From assembly GCA_964016885.1 (NCBI GenBank), contig OZ024743.1, forward strand, positions 249,612,001 through 249,676,000: 64,000 nt of DNA, read 5' to 3'. Of the stretch, positions 12,457 to 25,548 are shown in pieces. Position 1 is the first letter of the stretch. Each line of letters begins with the position of its first letter. The position numbers and the translations under genes were made by a program. The notes under the pieces are model-generated. The model had not been told where the DNA came from. It saw nothing but the letters and a program-made list of their open reading frames with translations, and did not search any database. Source of the DNA: Eledone cirrhosa. Its lineage: Eukaryota.

Positions 12457-15217
12457 ATTTAATACAATAACAGAGAAAGCTTTAAGCTAAACTCTGACAG
12501 GCTACCATCTCACTCAACAAACATTAGGATATACGTTAGTATAATCCCAATTTTGTGTTTGGGGTGCTAACTATATGTATTTTGTGGAAAGCCAGTTGTA
12601 TTATTTTATATGAGATATAATTAAAATTAAAATATATCTCTCTTTCCAAACAATTGTTTCATTATAAGTTTTCTACAAGTTGGGAGAATGTTTCCGGTTT
12701 ATGTAGAAGCCTACATATTTTTCTGTAAGAACACATGCAGGTGGGCACTTATAAATCATCAGTGGAAGCCCATCAAACTTTGATATGAGAAAAAATTTCT
12801 TACCGCAGTTATTTTTCGTGTCAGCTAAGTTGTCCCTTCACGCATCATAATGACCGCCAAATTTGAAATTCCAGCAGTCTTTAGACTGAGGAATTTCACA
12901 GCGTCACGAAGCGGAAAAGGGAGGCAATCGCGAATCACAAGAAAGTAAAATAATATACACCTGGGTTAATTAGTTTTAAAAAAAAACAATATTAATCCTG
13001 CGCGTTAAGAACTCAATTAATTTAAAAAAAATAAATGTATGCATGTATTAATTACACACGCATATAGATATTTTCTTAGGCTAAAAACAGAGAAGTGATA
13101 CCTAAATAACAAACAATATCTCATAACAGTAATAAATACGGAAAGTTACGTTTAAAAGGTATCTGGAAATATAATTCTCTGGCCAAATCAAGAGTAAAAT
13201 ATTTAATACAATAAAAGAGAAAGCTTTAAGCTAAACTCTGACTGGCTACCATCTCACTCAACAAACATTAGGATATACGTTAGTATAATCCCAATTTTGT
13301 GTTTGGGGTGCTAACTATATGTATTTTGTGGAAAGCCAGTTGTATTATTTTATATGAGATATAATTAAAATTAAAATATATCTCTCTTTCCAAACAATTG
13401 TTTCATTATAAGTTATCTACAAGTTGGGAGAATGTTTCCGGTTTATGTAGAAGCCTACATATTTTTCTGTAAGAACACATGCAGGTGGGTACTTATAAAT
13501 CATCAGTGGAAGCCCATCAAACTTTGATATAAGAAAAGATTTCTTACCGCAGTTATTTTTCGTGTCAGCTAAGTTGTCCCTTCACGCATCATAATGACCG
13601 CCAAATTTGAAATTCCAGCAGTATTTAGACTGAGAATTTCACAGCGTCACGAAGCGGAAAAGGGAGGCAATCGCGAATCACAAGAAAGTAAAATAATATA
13701 CACCTGGGTTAATTATTTAAAAAAAAAAACAATATTAATCCTGCGTGTTAAGAACTCAATTAATTTTAAAAAAATAAATGTATGCATGTATTAATTACAC
13801 ACGCATATAGATATTTTCTTAGGCTAAAAACAGAGAAGTGATACCTAAATAACAAACAATATCTCATAACAGTAATAAATACGGAAAGTTACGTTTAAAA
13901 GGTATCTGGAAATATAATTCTCTGGCCAAATCAAGAGTAAAATATTTAATACAATAAAAGAGAAAGCTTTAAGCTAAACTCTGACTGGCTACCATCTCAC
14001 TCAACAAACATTAGGATATACGTTAGTATAATCCCAATTTTGTGTTTGGGGTGCTAACTATATGTATTTTGTGGAAAGCCAGTTGTATTATTTTATATGA
14101 GATATAATTAAAATTAAAATATATCTCTCTTTCCAAACAATTGTTTCATTATAAGTTATCTACAAGTTGGGAGAATGTTTCCGGTTTATGTAGAAGCCTA
14201 CATATTTTTCTGTAAGAACACATGCAGGTGGGTACTTATAAATCATCAGTGGAAGCCCATCAAACTTTGATATAAGAAAAGATTTCTTACCGCAGTTATT
14301 TTTCGTGTCAGCTAAGTTGTCCCTTCACGCATCATAATGACCGCCAAATTTGAAATTCCAGCAGTATTTAGACTGAGAATTTCACAGCGTCACGAAGCGG
14401 AAAAGGGAGGCAATCGCGAATCACAAGAAAGTAAAATAATATACACCTGGGTTAATTATTTAAAAAAAAAAACAATATTAATCCTGCGTGTTAAGAACTC
14501 AATTAATTTTAAAAAAATAAATGTATGCATGTATTAATTACACACGCATATAGATATTTTCTTAGGCTAAAAACAGAGAAGTGATACCTAAATAACAAAC
14601 AATATCTCATAACAGTAATAAATACGGAAAGTTACGTTTAAAAGGTATCTGGAAATATAATTCTCTGGCCAAATCAAGAGTAAAATATTTAATACAATAA
14701 CAGAGAAAGCTTTAAGCTAAACTCTGACTGGCTACCATCTCACTCAACAAACATTAGGATATACGTTAGTATAATCCCAATTTTGTGTTTGGGTGCTAAC
14801 TATATGTATTTTATGGAAAGCCAGTTGTATTATTTTATATGAGATATAATTAAAATTAAAATATATCTCTCTTTCCAAACAATTGTTTCATTATAAGTTT
14901 TCTACAAGTTGGGAGAATGTTTCCGGTTTATGTAGAAGCCTACATATTTTTCTGTAAGAACACATGCAGGTGGGCACTTATAAATTATCAGTGGAAGCCC
15001 ATCAAACTTTGATATAAGAAAAAATTTCTTACCGCAGTTATTTTTCGTGTCAGCTAAGTTGTCCCTTCACGCATCATAATGACCGCCAAATTTGAAATTC
15101 CAGCAGTCTTTAGACTGAGGAATTTCACAGCGTCACGAAGCGGAAAAGGGAGGCAATTGCGAATCACAAGAAAGTAAAATAATATACACCTGGGTTAATT
15201 AGTTTCTTTTTAAAACA

Positions 15218-15220
<3 letters not shown>
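12457..15220 (-). repeat. Tandem array of ~743 bp unit (3.7 copies) with one hammerhead per unit, flanked by (TA)n
   Basis: Unit starts at 12457, 13201, 13944 and 14687; TA tracts on both sides. Confidence 0.92.
12644..12767 (-). ncRNA. Type I hammerhead ribozyme with ~100 nt stem II (copy 1 of 4 in the 743 bp array)
   Basis: Minus strand reads TTCCA-CTGATGA-T-TTATAAG...CTTATAA-T-GAAA-C-AATT-GTT|TGGAA. Palindromic stem III ACAATTGT; GUU triplet. Confidence 0.75.
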
Positions 15221-15254
<34 letters not shown>

Positions 15255-15277
15255 ATTATATATATATATATTATATA

Positions 15278-15329
<52 letters not shown>

Positions 15330-15331
<2 letters not shown>

Positions 15332-17527
15332 CAAGGTTTAGCAAATAATGAAAAAGTTTCAAAATAAATTTTAAAAAATTGACTTTACCTACTATAGTTA
15401 CCTTTACCGATCGGTTTCGAATCCCAAAAATAAACGGAGACCATACGGCCTTCGTTGCAAAGAAAGATTCTCGTCAGAAGGTTCTTTTCATTCGAAGAAT
15501 ATAAAATTCTTGAATTTAAATTACGAACTAGCGCTATCCAAAACTGTTCCTGAGATGAGAGTGAATGAAGTGGAATCAATTTTTTCAAGGGCCGAAGTAA
15601 AGATAGAGGCAGAGGGAGGTAGGTCAAACCGGCCGCAACTATCACTAGCAGCAGTCGGAACAACCCAATTTGTCTCTCAACAATAGCGGAGAGTAGTAAT
15701 AATAGGATATGTGTTCCTTCACGCATAAGGCGCTAAGGGACGCATGTATTGTCCAACCAAATGCCAATGTGGTTCAATGGCAGGTTAATAAATTAACGAG
15801 CCAGAACATATATAAACAAGGTTTAGCAAATAATGAAAAAGTTTCAAAATAAATTTTAAAAAATTGACTTTACCTACTATAGTTACCTTTACCGATCGGT
15901 TTCGAATCCCAAAAATAAACGGAGACCATACGGCCTTCGTTGCAAAGAAAGATTCTCGTCAGAAGGTTCTTTTCATTCGAAGAATATAAAATTCTTGAAT
16001 TTAAATTACGAACTAGCGCTATCCAAAACTGTTCCTGAGATGAGAGTGAATGAAGTGGAATCAATTTTTTCAAGGGCCGAAGTAAAGATAGAGGCAGAGG
16101 GAGGTAGGTCAAACCGGCCGCAACTATCACTAGCAGCAGTCGGAACAACCCAATTTGTCTCTCAACAATAGCGGAGAGTAGTAATAATAGGATATGTGTT
16201 CCTTCACGCATAAGGCGCTAAGGGACGCATGTATTGTCCAACCAAATGCCAATGTGGTTCAATGGCAGGTTAATAAATTAACGAGCCAGAACATATATAA
16301 ACAAGGTTTAGCAAATAATGAAAAAGTTTCAAAATAAATTTTAAAAAATTGACTTTACCTACTATAGTTACCTTTACCGATCGGTTTCGAATCCCAAAAA
16401 TAAACGGAGACCATACGGCCTTCGTTGCAAAGAAAGATTCTCGTCAGAAGGTTCTTTTCATTCGAAGAATATAAAATTCTTGAATTTAAATTACGAACTA
16501 GCGCTATCCAAAACTGTTCCTGAGATGAGAGTGAATGAAGTGGAATCAATTTTTTCAAGGGCCGAAGTAAAGATAGAGGCAGAGGGAGGTAGGTCAAACC
16601 GGCCGCAACTATCACTAGCAGCAGTCGGAACAACCCAATTTGTCTCTCAACAATAGCGGAGAGTAGTAATAATAGGATATGTGTTCCTTCACGCATAAGG
16701 CGCTAAGGGACGCATGTATTGTCCAACCAAATGCCAATGTGGTTCAATGGCAGGTTAATAAATTAACGAGCCAGAACATATATAAACAAGGTTTAGCAAA
16801 TAATGAAAAAGTTTCAAAATAAATTTTAAAAAATTGACTTTACCTACTATAGTTACCTTTACCGATCGGTTTCGAATCCCAAAAATAAACGGAGACCATA
16901 CGGCCTTCGTTGCAAAGAAAGATTCTCGTCAGAAGGTTCTTTTCATTCGAAGAATATAAAATTCTTGAATTTAAATTACGAACTAGCGCTATCCAAAACT
17001 GTTCCTGAGATGAGAGTGAATGAAGTGGAATCAATTTTTTCAAGGGCCGAAGTAAAGATAGAGGCAGAGGGAGGTAGGTCAAACCGGCCGCAACTATCAC
17101 TAGCAGCAGTCGGAACAACCCAATTTGTCTCTCAACAATAGCGGAGAGTAGTAATAATAGGATATGTGTTCCTTCACGCATAAGGCGCTAAGGGACGCAT
17201 GTATTGTCCAACCAAATGCCAATGTGGTTCAATGGCAGGTTAATAAATTAACGAGCCAGAACATATATAGACAAGGTTTAGCAAATAATGAAAAAGTTTC
17301 AAAATAAATTTTAAAAAATTGACTTTACCTACTATAGTTACCTTTACCGATCGGTTTCGAATCCCAAAAATAAACGGAGACCATACGGCCTTCGTTGCAA
17401 AGAAAGATTCTCGTCAGAAGGTTCTTTTCATTCGAAGAATATAAAATTCTTGAATTTAAATTACGAACTAGCGCTATCCAAAACTGTTCCTGAGATGAGA
17501 GTGAATGAAGTGGAATCAATTTTTTCA
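15330..17527 (-). repeat. Left (antisense) arm of inverted 485 bp hammerhead concatemer, ~4.5 units
   Basis: Period 485 (ORF track 15385, 15870, 16355, 16840, 17325). Begins directly after (TA)n. Hammerheads on the minus strand at 15400-15482 and every 485 bp. Confidence 0.95.
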
Positions 17528-19575
17528 TATATGTTCTGGCTCGTTAATTTATTAACCTGCCATTGAACCACATTGGCATTTGGTTGGACAATACATGCGT
17601 CCCTTAGCGCCTTATGCGTGAAGGAACACATATCCTATTATTACTACTCTCCGCTATTGTTGAGAGACAAATTGGGTTGTTCCGACTGCTGCTAGTGATA
17701 GTTGCGGCCGGTTTGACCTACCTCCCTCTGCCTCTATCTTTACTTCGGCCCTTGAAAAAATTGATTCCACTTCATTCACTCTCATCTCAGGAACAGTTTT
17801 GGATAGCGCTAGTTCGTAATTTAAATTCAAGAATTTTATATTCTTCGAATGAAAAGAACCTTCTGACGAGAATCTTTCTTTGCAACGAAGGCCGTATGGT
17901 CTCCGTTTATTTTTGGGATTCGAAACCGATCGGTAAAGGTAACTATAGTAGGTAAAGTCAATTTTTTAAAATTTATTTTGAAACTTTTTCATTATTTGCT
18001 AAACCTTGTTTATATATGTTCTGGCTCGTTAATTTATTAACCTGCCATTGAACCACATTGGCATTTGGTTGGACAATACATGCGTCCCTTAGCGCCTTAT
18101 GCGTGAAGGAACACATATCCTATTATTACTACTCTCCGCTATTGTTGAGAGACAAATTGGGTTGTTCCGACTGCTGCTAGTGATAGTTGCGGCCGGTTTG
18201 ACCTACCTCCCTCTGCCTCTATCTTTACTTCGGCCCTTGAAAAAATTGATTCCACTTCATTCACTCTCATCTCAGGAACAGTTTTGGATAGCGCTAGTTC
18301 GTAATTTAAATTCAAGAATTTTATATTCTTCGAATGAAAAGAACCTTCTGACGAGAATCTTTCTTTGCAACGAAGGCCGTATGGTCTCCGTTTATTTTTG
18401 GGATTCGAAACCGATCGGTAAAGGTAACTATAGTAGGTAAAGTCAATTTTTTAAAATTTATTTTGAAACTTTTTCATTATTTGCTAAACCTTGTTTATAT
18501 ATGTTCTGGCTCGTTAATTTATTAACCTGCCATTGAACCACATTGGCATTTGGTTGGACAATACATGCGTCCCTTAGCGCCTTATGCGTGAAGGAACACA
18601 TATCCTATTATTACTACTCTCCGCTATTGTTGAGAGACAAATTGGGTTGTTCCGACTGCTGCTAGTGATAGTTGCGGCCGGTTTGACCTACCTCCCTCTG
18701 CCTCTATCTTTACTTCGGCCCTTGAAAAAATTGATTCCACTTCATTCACTCTCATCTCAGGAACAGTTTTGGATAGCGCTAGTTCGTAATTTAAATTCAA
18801 GAATTTTATATTCTTCGAATGAAAAGAACCTTCTGACGAGAATCTTTCTTTGCAACGAAGGCCGTATGGTCTCCGTTTACTTTTGGGATTCGAAACCGAT
18901 CGGTAAAGGTAACTATAGTAGGTAAAGTCAATTTTTTAAAATTTATTTTGAAACTTTTTCATTATCTGCTAAACCTTGTTTATATATGTTCTGGCTCGTT
19001 AACTTATTAACCTGCCATTGAACCACATTGGCATTTGGTTGGACAATACATGCGTCCCTTAGCGCCTTATGCGTGAAGGAACACATATCCTATTATTACT
19101 ACTCTCCGCTATTGTTGAGAGACAAATTGGGTTGTTCCGACTGCTGCTAGTGATAGTTGCGGCCGGTTTGACCTACCTCCCTCTGCCTCTATCTTTACTT
19201 CGGCCCTTGAAAAAATTGATTCCACTTCATTCACTCTCATCTCAGGAACAGTTTTGGATAGCGCTAGTTCGTAATTTAAATTCAAGAATTTTATATTCTT
19301 CGAATGAAAAGAACCTTCTGACGAGAATCTTTCTTTGCAACGAAGGCCGTATGGTCTCCGTTTATTTTTGGGATTCGAAACCGATCGGTAAAGGTAACTA
19401 TAGTAGGTAAAGTCAATTTTTTAAAATTTATTTTGAAACTTTTTCATTATTTGCTAAACCTTGTTTATATATGTTCTGGCTCGTTAATTTATTAACCTGC
19501 CATTGAACCACATTGGCATTTGGTTGGACAATACATGCGTCCCTTAGCGCCTTATGCGTGAAGGAACACATATCC

Positions 19576-19580
<5 letters not shown>
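17527..19580 (+). repeat. Right (sense) arm of inverted 485 bp hammerhead concatemer, ~4.2 units
   Basis: Reverse complement of the left-arm unit (ORF track 17614, 18099, 18584, 19069); ends in (TA)n. Confidence 0.95.
17858..17940 (+). ncRNA. Type I hammerhead ribozyme (representative of 9 copies in the 485 bp array)
   Basis: ACCTT-CTGACGA-GAATCT...GGATTC-GAAA-C-CGATCG-GTA|AAGGT. Palindromic stem III ACCGATCGGT; predicted cleavage after 17935. Confidence 0.85.
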
Positions 19581-19614
<34 letters not shown>

Positions 19615-19749
19615 CTAAATATATATATATATATAAATCTAAATATATATATATATATATATATAAATCTAAATATATATATATATATAAATCTAAATAT
19701 ATATATATATATATATAAATCTAAATATATATATATATATATATAAATC

Positions 19750-19796
<47 letters not shown>

Positions 19797-19853
19797 CTAA
19801 ATATATATATATATATATATAAATCTAAATATATATATATATATATATAAATC

Positions 19854-19895
<42 letters not shown>

Positions 19896-19900
19896 TACAT
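19581..19900. repeat. (TA)n tract punctuated by repeated AAATCTAA
   Basis: Directly visible compound microsatellite/minisatellite. Confidence 0.9.
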
Positions 19901-20084
19901 ACATACATATATATATAAATATACATACATATATATATATAAATATACATACATATAAATCTACATACATACATATATACATACATACATTTACGTATGT
20001 ATATAGCTATGCATTTATACATTTGTATATATACATGCATTTATATTTAAGTGTGTAAGGTTATATATATATATATATATATTT

Positions 20085-20330
20085 ATGCAGTGTGACAAGA
20101 AGCTTGTTTCCCAACCACATATTTCCGGGTTCAGTCCCACTGCCCAGGCCGACCAAAGCCCTGTGAGTGGATTTGATAGATCGAAACTAAAAAAAGCCCG
20201 TCGTATATATGTATATATGTCTGTGTGTGTCTTTGCGTTTGTGTTTGCCCTCCCACCAATCCTTGTTGGTTTGTTGACGTCCCCATAACATACGAAGGTG
20301 GTGCTCCAGCATGGCGTAGTCCAGAGACAG
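20085..20330 (+). mobile_element. Degenerate SINE-like fragment (second family)
   Basis: B-box-like ccgggttcagtccc followed by ggccgaccaaagcc.tgtgagtggatttg; family assignment from memory only. Confidence 0.4.
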
Positions 20331-20638
20331 AAAAAAAAGTAAAATATGTCCGTATGTGTGTGTGTAGAAGGGGGCTCTCAAACTCAAGGACACAAAAGGG
20401 CTATTACGTCCTGGAGGAGAGGCACAGGGGGCCAAACGTGGTGGTGGGTGAAAATTTTCACCAGTTATAATGCGATATGAAATATTGGTTCTACCACGGG
20501 CCACAGATAAGTAGTTCGCGGGCCGCATGTGTGAGCCCCCCCCCCCTCTGTTGGATATAGATAGATAGATAGATAGATGTGTACCAAACACACACACATT
20601 TCTTACTCTCTCTGTCCCTCCCTCTTTCTCTCTTCATT

Positions 20639-20674
<36 letters not shown>

Positions 20675-21383
20675 GAGCGTTGTTATTTGGTGTTGTTGAA
20701 AAGAGCAGTGGCCTTTGACCTGGCAATAAAAAAACTGTAGACAAAATTCTTTCTGTACGCAAACCAATATATATATACATAGATAGATACACAACAGAAA
20801 CACACAAACACACATAGACACGCACACATATATACACACACACAAACGTGTGTGTATGTAAATGTGTGTGTGTGTGTGTGTGCGCCTGCGCGTGTGCGTG
20901 TGCGCGTGTGCGTGCGCGTGTGCGTGCGTGTCTATGTGTGTTTGTGTGTGTCTGTGTATCTATCTATGTATATATATATAAGGGATACAAATACTACTTT
21001 CTCACTGTCCCCAAGCATCATTCGTTGCTAAGTATTTTATTTTGCTACGAGGTATTTTATTTTGCAAGGTACTATTTTTCCCCTGAGTTTGTGATTTCAG
21101 AGAAAGGTAAGAAATTCTTCATATTTTATATCTTTTGTATTTTGACTTTACAGTTTGAATTGTAGAATTGTTTATCCCATCAAAATATTACAACCGCTAA
21201 CAGTGAAATATAGAATTTAAAAAAAAAGAAGCTTTTTCGACTGAAATCAAGTCTTTGAGAACATTCACGTCTATTTTTCAAAAATATATAATTTGAAATA
21301 GTTTGCTTTTGTTTTGGATTGAAACTTTTTTTGTATTTAATTCGTACGGGTATTTTTTAAAGATCATTCTAACATAACTTGAT

Positions 21384-22413
21384 TTGGCCCATTACTTGCA
21401 CTGCGGCATTCATATTTCTCAACTTATTATAACTAAGTCTGTACAACAAGCTTCATTTATCAAAAATGTTCTAGGTTGCGTGAATGAATGGCGGAAACTA
21501 TATAGTACATCAGGAAAATTTAAACAAGCGTATTTATCACAACATGATGAAGAAAATGAAGTATCGTCACCACGCTCCTTAACACCTGTGTGCCCTACTC
21601 GATGGCTAACACGACTTTCTGCAGTCAAAGCCCTTCTTGACAATTATTCAGATGTCCCTATTTATTTACAAGAGGCAACAAATTAGTTTGGCACCAACAT
21701 TACATCCAGAGCTAATGTTATTCTTACGTGTCACTCTCTGGGCCAATGTGTCCTTGGATTGCACGTTGTAGTTCCATTACTCCAATTCCTTGAAGGATTG
21801 AACAAATATTTTCAAAGTACCACCTTCAATCTAGGTAGCATGTTGCATAGTGTCAAACTGGTGCAGGAGGAGCTAAAAAAATCTACGCAGTGAAGAAAAA
21901 TTTCAGGTGCTGTTCAATACAGCAGAAAAAATTATTTATCAACTCGATATTTCTCCTTTGGAGCTACCCAGGCAATGAAAAGTTCCTAAAAGATACCAGG
22001 AATGGAAATGTTTGTGCTGAAGTGATCATACAGTATCCAGAGCTTGATGAATTTTCTTTAAGTAACGAAATACTTTTTTTTATAGAAATCATCATAGTGG
22101 ATCATCTCTCGAGGATCATCGTAAAATATTCGGTGAAATGCAACCAGATGTCCGTCGCATGTTTCTAAATGATGTGCGATTGTTCAGGCTACTTTTAATG
22201 TTTCCAACCAGTTCTTGTGAAGCTGAAAGATCTTTTAGCGCTCTGCAGAGATTCAAAACTTGGTTGCGATCGACCATGACTTAGCAAAGGTTGAATCATA
22301 TTCTAATATGAGACGTTCATAAAGATGTTTTGAAAAATATTAGTTGTGAAGAAGTTGCTAAATTATTTATTGACAGCAATGATGCGAGATATGATACATT
22401 TGGAAAGTTCTAA
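21384..22413 (+). pseudogene. Decayed hAT transposase, C-terminal part
   Basis: HC..H, CPTRWLTR, and dimerisation motif SCEAERSFSALQRFKTWLRSTMT*QRLNH at ~22210-22300; multiple stops and frameshifts. Confidence 0.8.
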
Positions 22414-23406
22414 AAGACAATAAATTTACTTTATATGATTTTTATTCAAACGTCTATGTTTTATTTTTTGTTTATTTGATATAATAAATACTTTTTAAGC
22501 TTATTTTTTTTTTATATCTGAACTTCATTTGAATATATAAAATTTAATTAGCGTAAAGAAATTTTTACTTATGTGATAGGGTTCAGGAAAGACACCATAA
22601 GTAATACTAAAATGCTCCAACAAATGTTGCTTTGTCCCCCTTACATTTTTAAGGCAAACGAGGCCCCTGGAAAAGAGCAACATTATTCACTGACCCGTTC
22701 ATCACCGTGATCGGCTTGACCTCGATACTTCAGCTCATTCTTACTAACATTCAGTTTGCTTGACCCCATCTTATCTTCATTGCATTTCCACATCATTTAT
22801 TCTATAGCTAGGTTGTTGCTATTCCTATATAAACTGACTGTTTATACTACGATCAAGTCTTGTTATAGCCTTGCGTTTAAGGAAGTGCTTTTGTAGTCTT
22901 CAACAGTCATCTATTATAATTGCAGCACCATTACAAGAATATCACAGTGATGCATTAAGTTAAGGGCGATAATTTGAGTAACTCTGACTAATAAATAATG
23001 TCTTAACTTAGTATTATCGTGTCTTATCACTACGTGCTTAATTGATGAATTCCATTTCAAAATAGCACATTACTAGTCATTCTTGCATTAAGTTCTCTTG
23101 AACTCGTTGCCTCGTTGATCCTTTCTTGAGTCTGCCACCTTAATTCCCTCAAGCTAAGTTATTACTATCATACATGAAAGACTGGTTAATCTTCATATAT
23201 AACTTGTCTCAACTTGGTTAATTAATGACAGTATTTGTCTTTTTCATTGCAGTTTTGTTTATTACAAAGTGTTATTCCAGAACATTACTTGAAACTTTAT
23301 CATACTGGAACAGGACTCATTATAGTAAGTTCCTTATACATAATTTTATAGGCTTATATAGGCAAATCTTTGCGTAACTTTACCAAACACATTCGCTAAA
23401 CAGAAA

Positions 23407-25194
23407 ATGGCCTCAGCAATGAAGAAAAAATGTAGGCAGTACAGCGTTGATTACTTACGGTTCGGATTCATCCCATCGCCGTCGAACCACCTGTCACCCA
23501 TGTGTTTAATTTGCAAGGAGTCCTTTTCGAATGAGGCGATGAAGCCATCGCGTTTCAGTAGACACTTGGAGGTGAGGCACCCCGATAAGAGATATAAAGA
23601 TTTAGCATACTTTCAGTCTCTTAGGGACCAATTCCAGAAAACAACACTAATTTCTTCTGCCTTTTCAAAAGTTGAAGCTTCAAATGTTGATGGACTTGTC
23701 GCATCTTACAATATTGCCAACATAATCGCAAAGTGCGGCAAGCCCCATTCCTTGTGTGAAACATTGGTAGTCCCTGTCATCTCAGAAGTTCTTTCAACAG
23801 TACTACGACAGAACCCCTTAAATACCTTGAAATGTATTCCGTTGAGTAACGACTCAATAAGGAGACGCATCGACGAAATGGCGGAAAATGTTGAACAACA
23901 ATTATGCAACATCTTGAAATCGACACAATTTGCTTTGCAACTTGATGAAAGCACACTTTCCGGGAATCAGTCCTTACTACTGGGATACGTGCGATTTTCC
24001 CACCAAAACGAAATGCACGAGGAGCTTCTCTTCACTCTGAATCTAGCCACAGATACTAAAGGTGCCACGATCTTTGAATCTGTCAAGGGATACCTCGAAG
24101 TAAAAGAGATACCTCTTAACAATATTGTATCATGTGCTACGGACGGCGCAAGAGCAATGGTCGGCCAACATAAGGGTTTCGTCTCTCTTCTGACGAGGGA
24201 AAATCCATCTGTATTTGCTGTTCATTGTGTCATTCATCGACAACACTTGGCTACGAAGAAACTCAGCGAGCCGCTGAGCAAGTCTTTGCAGGTAGTCATT
24301 GATGTCATCAATTATATCAAACGCCATGCCCTCAATGAACGAATTTTCCGGCAACTGTGCGAAGATAATGACGAAGAATTCGTCGAGTTGCTTCTTCATA
24401 CTGAAGTGAGGTGGCTTTCAAAGGGCAAGTGCCTTACTCGCTTCTTTAAACTGTTCGACTCTATCATTGAGTTTCTTCGAGGACGCAACACAGAACTATA
24501 TAAAAAAAACCTCGATGTGAGGCAAGACTGTGCCTACCTCGCCGACATCTTTGACAAATGCAATAGTCTCATTATGGCTTTGCAGGGGGAGAAGATCACC
24601 TTGTTTAAAGCAAGGAATGCTGTGAAAATATTCCTGGCCAAATTGAAAGTCATCGAAAGGAATCTTTGTCGACGGGAATTCTATAATTTTCCTAGTGTCG
24701 CCAATGTTTCAAACATTGTAAGCGATGACCAACTGCAAATTTATACCGCGCACCTCCGTGCACTACAAGACAACACGAGAGAACGGTTTGTCGACCTTTT
24801 GCAGATGGACATCCCAATGTGGATAGCAGATCCCTTCATAGCCAACGTCGATGATCTCGACGTTAAATTTCAGGAAGAATTAATTGAACTTCAGACAGAT
24901 GACATTATCAAAAGGAAATTTTCCAAAATAGGTGAACCCCTTTTTTGGATGCAAGAGGAAATTCAGCGACGATTTCCACTTCTACATGCAGAGGCTAAGA
25001 GATTTGCTTTGCCTTTTCCTAGCTCATACTTAGTCGAGAGGGGGTTTGGCGTTGTTTCCAGACTGCATAGTAAGGCTCGCAACCGCTAGAATGTGATTGC
25101 ACGTGGAGATCTCCGGCTACAGCTCACAAAAATCCAGCCTGACGTCAAAGAGTTAGCTAAACTCCATGACCATGAAGCTGAAGGGTCCCATTGA
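23407..25194 (+). pseudogene. hAT (Buster/Charlie, ZBED5/SCAND3-like) transposase with one premature stop at 25087
   Basis: BED-like CLIC..H..H, LQLDEST, CATDGA, HCVIHRQHL, HTEVRWLSKG and SSYLVERGF. Read-through gives ..RGDLRLQLTKIQPDVKELAKLHDHEAEGSH* ending at 25194. Confidence 0.9.
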
Positions 25195-25307
25195 TACGAG
25201 GTCAAAGTGAAGTCGATTTTTTATTTGTAGTTGCAGTTTGACTGGACTGGAAACCATCTACCACAATTCACTTACTCATTTGTTGTATATATTTTACCGT
25301 TTACTAA

Positions 25308-25548
25308 TGTAGTGACCTACATTCCGCGGGCTCACATACACTCTCTGTGCGTGATTTGGCTCAGCTCAGCCAATCAGCGCCAGTAGAAGAGGATGTATCC
25401 CTACGCGTCCTGAGAGAGAAATTACCCGCAAAGATTTGAGGGATCTCTCTCTTCCAGCTTGACCGTGCTAAGGTAAACAACTACTTTTCTTTCGCCGTGA
25501 AATCACTAGCCAATATGTAACACAACAATTAATAAATAATGTAAAAAC
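25308..25548 (+). mobile_element. Solo LTR-like repeat (TGT...ACA), related to 29685-29938
   Basis: Shared 3' block aggtaaacaacta..tttctttcg.cgtgaaatcactagccaa.atgtaacacaaca. No TSD found. Confidence 0.5.

Noticed and set aside
15385-19410. 113 aa ORF repeated in the 485 bp unit
   Set aside because: No recognisable domain and it overlaps the ribozyme. Translation from a circular RNA cannot be excluded but nothing supports it.
15330-19580. Foldback DNA transposon with tandem-repeat TIRs as explanation of the inverted arrays
   Set aside because: The outer ends are at different unit phases so there are no matching termini, the arms are unequal, there is no internal region, and each unit has a ribozyme.
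20425-22670. caggggg.. / ..ggcccctg as TIR pair of the decayed hAT
   Set aside because: Match is only about 6-8 bp and no 8 bp TSD was seen.
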